Assembly: GCA_002104945.1 (NCBI GenBank)
Contig: MCFH01000043.1
Span: 124,001 to 188,000 of the forward strand
Length of the DNA: 64,000 nucleotides
Source of the DNA: Piromyces finnis finn
Taxonomy: Eukaryota > Fungi > Neocallimastigomycota
Reading direction: 5' to 3'
The stretch's first letter is position 1. Each line of letters begins with the position of its first letter. Made by a program: the position numbers and the translations under genes. Below are positions 51,745 through 62,100 of the stretch, one piece after another. The notes below the pieces were generated by a model. The model was not told where the DNA came from. It ran no database searches and saw only the letters and a program-made list of their open reading frames with translations.

Positions 51745-52222
51745 TTCCGAGTGCATTTCTCCCATCGATCAGAGTTAGCTCCAATGGTGGTTCTTAGAGA
51801 AACGTTGGCTCATTCCTATTGCTAGGTGGCTGTGACCCTCCTGGTCTGTCATACTGTTTCTTCAGCTTCGACGCTCACTTAATCCATGTACATTAGATGC
51901 ATGTCGTTGTACGATATTTCACAACTACAATGCTAAGCCTCTTATAGTCAATTTGATCACGTGTCAACCGCCCCCTAATGTTTACACTTAAATTGATTAA
52001 GGAATATTATGTGTTTTTGGCATAGCCTAAGTCACCACTTATTAAGTTCTAATTTGGAATGTACCATGTACACTAGACCCTCTCAGGCCGGCTAGACGAG
52101 TGTTATTATCATAGTAGTAAATTAGAAAGTTCATTTATACTTACCTGAATATCATAACCCAACCCATGGCAAACCCAGTGGGAAAATCCACAGGCACTGA
52201 CATCTGCGGGGTCGAACCAGAA
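51710..52222 (-). mobile_element. 5'-truncated, tRNA-headed, poly(A)-tailed retroposon (candidate SINE) with 11-bp TSD
   Basis: GC-rich island in very AT-rich DNA. Plus-strand T run ~51709-51741 is a 3' poly(A) on minus. ATTAAAGAACT is repeated directly at 51699-51709 and 52223-52233. The minus-strand 5' end reads GGTTCGACCCCGCAGATGTCA (B-box/T-arm plus acceptor-like end). Confidence 0.8.
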
Positions 52223-55200
52223 ATTAAAGAACTATAACATAATAATGTATTGATTTAAAATTAATTATTGTTTTTTTATTTTTTAATTGTATAATTATCC
52301 TTTATATAAAATTAAAAAATAATATAAAAATAAAAAAAAAGTATATCTTTATAGATAAATTAATGTTTCTAATAAAAAAGAATAAAGTTTTAAATCATAT
52401 CTGCAACTTAATAAAAATTAACAAGTTTAAATAATCTTGAATATCAAGTAATATTCACATATGAAATAGTTTTTAATGATTTAAAAAACTTTTCTAAAAG
52501 GTTATTTTTACAAGGGTTAGATAATTTATATATAAAAATAAAAATATTTATTTTGTATTAAATTTTTTTACATACATTTAATCATATGTATTTAATTATT
52601 GAATATATAAGGAAATAACTATATAACTTTATTAAAAAAGTATTTAATAATGTAATAAGCTTATTATAGAAAAGAAATATGTGCCAATAAATTTTATAAA
52701 GGCTTATATAAAACGTGTTATATTAGAAAAACATAGAAAAAGATAAAAAAAAAGTAATGGAATGATAGATTCTTTCTAATTCATTACATTAAAAAAAATT
52801 TATTTCTTATTGTAATTTATATAAACTTGTATTAAAAAAGAATAAACGTCTGTTTTTCCGAAATTAAAAAAAGAATAAAGTTAAAAAATGTCTCTTTTTT
52901 ACACTATTAATAATTATATTTTAATGATTTTAAAAGGTATTCTTTTAAAATCATTAAAAGGCTTTATAAAAAATATAATTCATTTCCTATTTTATTTTTT
53001 TAGGTACTATCATAACTCCAATTTAATCCTTCTAACCCTTTATAACATTTATATTTAAATTTTCCATTTTGAACATTTTACTTAAAAAGGATTTTTGTGT
53101 TAAATATAATTTTATAATACTTAATAATTACTAATATATATGATATACAGAACAATTTCAAAAAAAAATTAAAAGAGTAATAGTGGTAATAAAAAAATAT
53201 TTTTTAATATTATTAATGAAATGTGAGTTTATTGTTTTTTTTTTCATTTAATTTTATTTTGAAATGGCGTAGACTTTAACCAAACTTTTAAAACGTTTTT
53301 ATGCATTTTTCTTTTTTCCAGCGTATTTTATTTCATTTTATTATATTAAGAAATATTAAAGAAAATTATGAAAAAACTCCTTTTGTATCATTGTTTATTA
53401 GCCACTTCATTTTAATTTTTTTAATATTTCCAAAATAAAAATGCTTATAATTTTAATTATTAATAATATTTAGAAAGATAAAAAATATTAATAATATCGA
53501 AAATGCATCAAGTATTTTTGATATATTTAAAATATGATTGTCACATATAATAAATATAAATTAAAAATTTAAACTTTAAAATAGTTTAATAAGAATAAGC
53601 ATATATCAATATATATTAAAAAATAAAAACAAATTTTTTCTATTTATATATTCAAGATTAAAAAAATGTTATTGTATCGAATTAATATCATAAAATCAAT
53701 AAATTAAAAACTTTATTTATTATTAAAAACAATTAATACCATAATATATTTACAAATAAAATTTTAGGTTATTTTGGCTTAGAATGAATTAAAGTGGTAG
53801 TTTAATACCCTACTTTTAATATCACATTTAAATTAGTTAATAATACTAATAAAATAATAACAGGAATTGATTAAAAAAATTTTATTTTTAATATATGAAT
53901 TTTCTATTATGTAATTTATAGTAATTAAAGATATATTTAATAATAATAATGATATTATTATTATTAATAACAATTCTTATGCTACTTTTAATTATTTTAC
54001 TTATTCTTAATAATATCTTTATGCATTGTAATATTGATAATATTGATATTGATGAATTAATAAATTAGTATATAATAATATATTTATTTTTAAGGATGAT
54101 CCATTTAATGTTGATGCCATTTTTACAACAAAATTTTAAGTAAAAAATAATAATTTGTTTTTTTTTTTAAAAAACTGATGGTAAAATATTGGTGAAGAAT
54201 TAATTTATTTTAACCATTAATATTGTATATATAGGTTAATATATTGCTTTATATTATCGAAATTTTAAAATAAATCATATAATTTTCAAAATTTAAAATT
54301 TAAATTAATTTCATATATTATTATATATTTTAAAATTAAATTATTATATTATCTTTAATAATTAAATTGGCAATGTTTTTATAATTAACTTTACTAAATA
54401 TATAATAAAATATTAAAAATTGAATTATGTCAATTTATATTGATTTAATTTATATAATATATCTCTTCTTTAAGTAGAGTATATAACTAAATATATATTG
54501 CAATATATTTTAATTATTGGTTACAAAACAGAATAATTATTTAATAAATATAATAAAAGTAGTAACATTAATAGATAAAGTTAATAAATTATACAAATAA
54601 AATTTAATATATAAAATATAATAATATTACATATAATAAACATATAATATAAATATATTATTAAAATTAAAGATTTTAAATAAACATTTATATTATTTAA
54701 TCTAGAAACTCAATTATTCGTTGTCAATGATAGTTTTTGTTCGGTATATTTAATTTATTATCATATAAAGTTTATAATTTTATATTTTAAATAGTATTAT
54801 AGATTTTGATAGTCATAATTTAGCACACTATTCATATAATGCTTTTTTTAAATCTAATAAGTAAAAAAGGAAAAAGAAGAAAATTTGAAGAAAATTTTTT
54901 TTATATAAATACAAATAATTTTCCTTCCGTTTAAAAAATTTTTTGTCAATAATAACTTTTTTCTTGTAAATTTTAACTAAATATATATTTGACAATATAT
55001 ATTTTTCCCAAATAACTTATACTATTCCTAATTACACTACATTTTTTATCTCTTTATTTTTTTCTTTTGAGCATAATTTTTAAAAAAAAAGAAAAAGATA
55101 AAGAGTTTCATTAAAAAAAATATCTTTTTTTATTAAAAAACATTTTTTTATGTTATCAATTATATAATAAAGAAAGATACTTATTATTACCATTTTTAAA

Positions 55201-56165
55201 ACTTTGTGGATTTAGTTTTAAAATAAAATTCATATTTTATATATAAAATATTTTATTAAATATTAAAAAAAGTAATTATTATATCTTTTATTTAACTATA
55301 TATATACGACATATTTTAGACACAATTAATATAAAAAGAAAATTCTTAATTTCCAAAAAAAAATCCCCATCATAATTATAATTATTCAAAACTACTTATT
55401 ATCATAATTATATAATATTCAATTTATTATCACGTATATTCTATAAATATAATTATATTTTTATTTTCCATTTACAAAAATTATCATATTTTCCTCAATA
55501 TTAAAAAAAGTTAGCATCATTTAATAATTATTTTTAAAATACCATTTTATTTTTTATTTTATTATTTTATTTATTTATTATTTTTTTTTTACTATTTTTA
55601 AGTAATTTGAAAAGAATATTTTTTATTTTTATTTTTTATAAAATTTATTTTTATATTAATTGTAATAAAATGTTATCGGAAGAATTATGTAATTAACAAT
55701 TTTATATTATATTTTTTTTTTATTCACATATTTTATATCAAATAGATTGTATACTATAACGATAAGCAATTATTATCTGAAAAGTACAATTGTTAAAGCG
55801 AATACTATTAAAATAATACTATATCTTAGAATATTTAGAAAATTTGTATTTAGAAAATTTAAGTAAATTTTTTTTAAAAAGAATCATTTTTCCAAATTTA
55901 TCTTCGGATTTATATACAATTATATACTCTGAAAGTTAACATCGCATAAAATTTTGAAAAATCAAAGTTTAATTTTTTAAAGAACCAGTTTAGACTATTG
56001 GTTTATTATTATTATTATTACTATATTTTTTTAAATCGAAACAAATTATTACTTCGCAAGAGCATTTTATATTATTATTATATAAAATAACAAAAATCTA
56101 AATTAAAAACAAATATAAATTTATATACATAATTATTAATAAAAAATATAAAGTTATTATATATC

Positions 56166-59100
56166 ATGTCTTTTCAAGAAAACAGTGATTACAAGAAATC
56201 AATTGTTGAAATTCCAGTTAATAAAATTGTATTAGCTGATTCATTATCTTCAGATGATAAGTACAATGAAAGTTCTGAAAAAATTAATAAAATTGTTAAA
56301 AAGTTAAATGTTGTTGAAAATGAAATTATGAGTGAATCTGATGTTGGTTATGATGAAGATGAAGAATTTAATGATGAAGAATTTGAATTATATTTAAATA
56401 AGTTAAAGAAAGAAAATCCAGGTGAATATGAATTAATTATTAACGAACTTCAAAAGGATGATCTTAACAGTCCAAATGAAAGAACCATCATTACTTATCA
56501 AATGGCATCTCCAGTTGAAATTAAAGGTGAACGTCAATCTGGTATGATGTCTCCAGTTGAAAATATTGCTTCAAATGAACAACTTGATATGAAAAATGTA
56601 CCATTAATTAAAAAGCGCTATCGTATTTCTAAGAATAAGAAAGAAAATTTGTTAAATCATTCTGATAAAAAAGATACTATCTTAGCTGAATCTAGCCACC
56701 TATTATCTCCACCAGCTTCACCATTCCCACAAACTGAAAAGAAAGATCAAACTGCTAATTTGGGTCAATTTATAATTGACACTGAAAATGGAGGTAATGA
56801 TATCCAAATAGATTCCAGCGAGCAAATTGATGAAGAACTTTTACAACAAATTCAAAATCTTGAACTTGAAAATGGTAGTCAAAGTTTCATTACTACTACC
56901 ACTACCACTACTAGTTCTGAAATTCCAGAATTAGAAGGTAATAACGAAGTTGTTATTAAGAAGCGTATTCCAATTATTACCAAGGATGGTAAGAGGGCAT
57001 TTGTTGAAGTTATTGAAAAAACTGTTACTACTGTTACTAGTGAAGTAGATGATGAACCAGTTGAATATGTTGAAGAAATAATAGAAGAAGAAGAAGAAGA
57101 AGATGACGATGAATTACTTCAAAAATCCAATTTTTTCAAAGAAATTTCTAAAAGTATTGATAGTAAATTAAATACATCTTCTACTAAAATTGTTAAGGAA
57201 TCTCAAAGCGAAATAAATATTCCTGAACCAAAAGTTGAAGTGTTTGAAGAATTAGTTGAAATTCCAAATGATGATCCAACAAAGGAACCATTAATTAAAA
57301 AAATCACTAGAACCATAACTACTAAGATTAATCCAGAAACTGGTGATGAAGAAATTACTGAAGAAGTTGTTGAAGAAATTGAAGAAACCATTGAAGAAAC
57401 TGATGATGAATCAAGTGATAATGATAATATTGAGGTTAGAGAAGAAGTTTTTGAAGTTCCATCTGATGACCCAAACCAATCTACTATTATTAAGACTATT
57501 ACTAAGACTTATACCACTAGAATTAATCCTGAAACTGGTGAAGAAGAAATTGTTGAAGAAGAGGATATTATTTCTGATGATGAAAATGCTGAAAATGTCG
57601 AAATCAGAGAAGAAGTTGTTGAGGTTCCATCTGATGATCCAAACCAATCTACAATTATAAAAACCATTACAAAGACTTATGTCACTAGAATTAATTCAGA
57701 AACCGGAGAAGAAGAAATTGTTGAAGAAGATGCATTAGATGGTGATGACAATGTAGAAATTCTTAAAGGAGTTACTGAAGTTTCAAATCAAGAAAAATCA
57801 GTCCAAAGAAAGGTTGTCAAGAAAGTCATGAGATATGTTACCATTATTAATCCAGAAACAGGTAAAGAAGAAGTTGTTGAAGAGATTGTTGAAGAACAAC
57901 CAAATGAAGAAGTTGATGTTGAAGCTAGAGATATTGTTGTTGCTCCACAAGAAAAAGTAGAAATTAAAGAAGAAATTATTGAAGTTCCAATAGAAGGAGC
58001 CACTACTAAGCGAGTTATTAAAAAGATTATTAGATACATTACTAGAATCAATCCAGAAACTGGAAAAGAAGAAGTTGTTGAAGAAATTGTTGAAGAACCA
58101 ATTGAAGATGCTATTAGCGAATTTAGAGAAGAAAATCTTCCATCAGAACATGTAAAGGTTGAAGAAGAAACTCATGAAGTTCCAGTTGAAGGTGCTAATG
58201 AAAATGCTATTGTTCAAACTATCACAAAATCCTATGTTACTAGAATTAATCCAGAAACTGGAGAAGAAGAAATTATTGAAGAAGATGCTATTAGTGATAA
58301 TGGTGATGTTGAAATTATTGAAGAAGTTGTTGAAATTGACGAAGATCAACCAATTCAAAGAAAGCTTGTAAAGAAAATCACTAAATTTATTACTAGAATC
58401 AATCCAGAAACTGGAAAAGAAGAAGTTGTTGAAGAGATTGTTGAAGAACAACCAAATGAAGAAGTTGATGTTGAAGCTAGAGATATTGTTGTTGCTCCAC
58501 AAGAAAAAGTAGAAATTAAAAAAGAAATTATTGAAGTTCCAATAGAAGGAGCCACTACTAAGCGAGTTATTAAAAAGATTATTAGATACATTACTAGAAT
58601 CAATCCAGAAACTGGAAAAGAAGAAGTTGTTGAAGAAATTGTTGAAGAACCAATTGAAGATGCTATTAGCGAATTTAGAGAAGAAAATCTTCCATCAGAA
58701 CATGTAAAGGTTGAAGAAGAAACTCATGAAGTTCCAGTTGAAGGTGCTAATGAAAATGCTATTGTTCAAACTATCACAAAATCCTATGTTACTAGAATTA
58801 ATCCAGAAACTGGAGAAGAAGAAATTATTGAAGAAGATGCTATTAGTGATAATGGTGATGTTGAAATTATTGAAGAAGTTGTTGAAATTGACGAAGATCA
58901 ACCAATTCAAAGAAAGCTTGTAAAGAAAATCACTAAATTTATTACTAGAATCAATCCAGAAACTGGAAAAGAAGAAGTTGTTGAAGAGATTGTTGAAGAA
59001 CAACCAAATGAAGAAGTTGATGTTGAAGCTAGAGATATTGTTGTTGCTCCACAAGAAAAAGTAGAAATTAAAAAAGAAATTATTGAAGTTCCAATAGAAG

Positions 59101-62100
59101 GAGCCACTACTAAGCGAGTTATTAAAAAGGTTATTAGATACATTACTAGAATCAATCCAGAAACTGGAAAAGAAGAAGTTGTTGAAGAAATTGTTGAAGA
59201 ACCAAAAGAAGAAACTATTGAAGAACATCCAGTCATTGAAGTTGTTGAAGAACAGCTTATTGAAGAACAACCAATTGAAATTGTTAAGGAAGTTTCTTAT
59301 GAACCAAAAGAAGAAATTGTTGAAGAAAACGTTAGAGAAGAAATTATTGAAGTTCCTTCCGAAGAATCAGGAAAGAAAAGATTTATTAAGAGAATTATTA
59401 GATATATTACTAGAAAGAACCCAATTACTGGAGAAGAAATTGTAGAAGAAATAGTTAATGAAGAATCAACCGAAGAACAACCAGATGAAGTTGTTGAAGA
59501 AGTTATTTCAGAACCAAAAGAAGAAATAATTGAAGAACAACCAATTGAAGAACAGCAACCAGTTAAAGAAGTTGCTTCAGAACTAAAGGAAGAAATTATT
59601 GAAGAAAATGTTAGAGAAGAAATTATTGAAGTTCCTTCCGAAGAATCAGGAAAGAAAAGATTTATTAAGAGAATTATTAGATACATCACTAGAAAGAACC
59701 CAATTACTGGAGAAGAAATTGTAGAAGAAATTGTTAATGAAGAATCAACCGAAGAACAACCAGATGAAGTTGTTGCTGAACCAAAGGAAGAAAAAATTGA
59801 AAAACAACCAATTGAAGAACAGCAACCAGTTGAAGAAGTTGTTGAAGAAGTTGTTACTGAACCAAAGGAAGAAATAATTGAAGAACAGCAACCAGTTGGA
59901 GAAGTTGTTGAAGAAATTGTTACTGAACCAAAGGAAGAAATAATTGAAGAACAACCAGTTGAAGAACAACCAATAGTAGAAGTTATTAATGAAGTAAATT
60001 ATGAAATAACTGAAGAACAACCAGTTGAAGAAGTTGTTGAAGAAGTTATTTCAGAACCAAAGGAAGAAATTATTGAAGAAAATGTTAGAGAAGAAATTAT
60101 TGAAGTTCCTTCCGAAGAATCAGGAAAGAAAAGATTTATTAAGAGAATTATTAGATACATTACTAGAAAGAATCCAGTTACTGGAGAAGAAATTGTAGAA
60201 GAAATAGTTAATGAAGAATCAACCGAAGAACAACCAGTTGAAGTTGTTGAAGAAGTTATTTCAGAATCAAAAGAAGAAATAATTGAAGAACAACCAATTG
60301 AAGAACAACAACCAGTTGAAGAAGTTGTTACTGAACCAAAGGAAGAAATAATTGAAGAACAACCAGTTGAAGAACAAAAACCAGTTGAAGAAGCTGTTGA
60401 AGAAGTTGTTTCAGAACCAAAGGAAGAAATAATTGAAGAGCAATCAGTTGAAGGACAACAACCAGTTGAAGAAGTTGCTTCAGAGCCAAAGGAAGAAATT
60501 ATTGAAGAAAATGTTAGAGAAGAAATTATTGAAGTTCCTTCCGAAGAATCAGGAAAGAAAAGATTTATTAAGAGAATTATTAGATACATTACTAGAAAGA
60601 ACCCAATTACTGGAGAAGAAATTGTAGAAGAAATAGTTAATGAAGAATCAACCGAAGAACAACCAGTTGAAGTTGTTGAAGAAGTTATTTCAGAATCAAA
60701 AGAAGAAATAATTGAAGAACAACCAATTGAAGAACAGCAACCAGTTGAAGAAGTTGTTACTGAACCAAAGGAAGAAATAATTGAAGAACAACCAGTTGAA
60801 GAACAAAAACCAATTGAAGAAGCTGTTGAAGAAGTTGTTTCAGAACCAAAGGAAGAAATAATTGAAGAGCAATCAGTTGAAGAACAGCAACCAGTTGAAG
60901 AAGTTGTTACTGAACCAAAGGAAGAAATAATTGAAGAACAACCAGTTGAAGAACAAAAACCAGTTGAAGAAGCTGTTGAAGAAGTTGTTTCAGAACCAAA
61001 GGAAGAAATAATTGAAGAGCAATCAGTTGAAGAACAGCAACCAGTTGAAGAAGTTGTTACTGAACCAAAGGAAGAAATAATTGAAGAACAACCAGTTGAA
61101 GAACAAAAACCAGTTGAAGAAGCTGTTGAAGAAGTTGTTTCAGAACCAAAGGAAGAAATAATTGAAGAGCAATCAGTTGAAGGACAACAACCAGTTGAAG
61201 AAGTTGCTTCAGAACCAAAGGAAGAAATTATTGAAGAAAATGTTAGAGAAGAAATTATTGAAGTTCCTTCCGAAGAATCAGGAAAGAAAAGATTTATTAA
61301 GAGAATTATTAGATACATTACTAGAAAGAACCCAATTACTGGAGAAGAAATTGTAGAAGAAATAGTTAATGAAGAATCAACCGAAGAACAACCAGATGAA
61401 GTTGTTGAAGAAGTTATTTCAGAACCAAAAGAAGAAATAATTGAAGAACAACCAATTGAAGAACAGCAACCAGTTGAAGAAGTTGTTACTGAACCAAAGG
61501 AAGAAATAATTGAAGAAAATGTTAAAGAAGAAATTATTGAAGTTCCTTCCGAAGAATCAGGAAAGAAAAGATTTATTAAGAGAATTATTAGATACATTAC
61601 TAGAAAGAATCCAGTTACTGGAGAAGAAATTGTAGAAGAAATTGTTAATGAAGAATCAACCGAAGAACAACCAGTTGAAGTTGTTGAAGATGTTGATTCA
61701 GAACCAAGAGAAGAATCAACTGAAGAACAACCAGTTGAAGAAGTTGTTGAAGAAGTAATTTCAGAACCAAAGGAAGAAATAATTGAAGAACAACCAGTTG
61801 AAAAACAAGAAAAGAAGCCAATATTATATAGGGTATTTAAAAAGAGTAACAGACGTAGAAGAAAGTCAAAGAATCCAATTGAAGAAGGTGTTAAAGAAGT
61901 TGGTTCAGAACCAAAGGAAGAATCAACTGAAGAACAACCAGTTGAAAAAGTTGTTGAAGAAGTTATTTCAGAAACAAATGATGAAAGAATTGAAGAACAA
62001 CCAATTAAAGGTGTTGAAGAAGTTGTTTTAGAACCAAAGGATGAAATAATTGAAGAACTACCAGTTGAAGAACAAAAACCAGTTGTTGAAGTTGTTGAAG

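Noticed and set aside
51745-51930. Hammerhead or HDV-like ribozyme (CTGAAGA, CTGATCGA...GAAA on minus)
   Set aside because: I could not build stems I-III around a valid NUH site, nor an HDV L3/P1.1 core. Left to experimental testing.
52074-52095. 16S rRNA fragment (TAGCCGGCCTGAGAGGGT resembles a bacterial 16S helix)
   Set aside because: The similarity is only ~18 nt and the flanks do not continue as rRNA. Probably a convergent GNRA hairpin.
52198-52218. LTR retrotransposon primer-binding site or intact tRNA gene
   Set aside because: No TGG (CCA complement), no adjacent LTR, and the 5' three-quarters of a tRNA are absent.
52137-52240. U1 snRNA gene (ATACTTACCTG on the plus strand)
   Set aside because: Only the first 11 nt match. 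No U1 stem-loops, U1-70K/U1A loops or Sm site follow, and it lies inside a TSD-flanked insertion. Better read as a 5' splice site on the minus strand.
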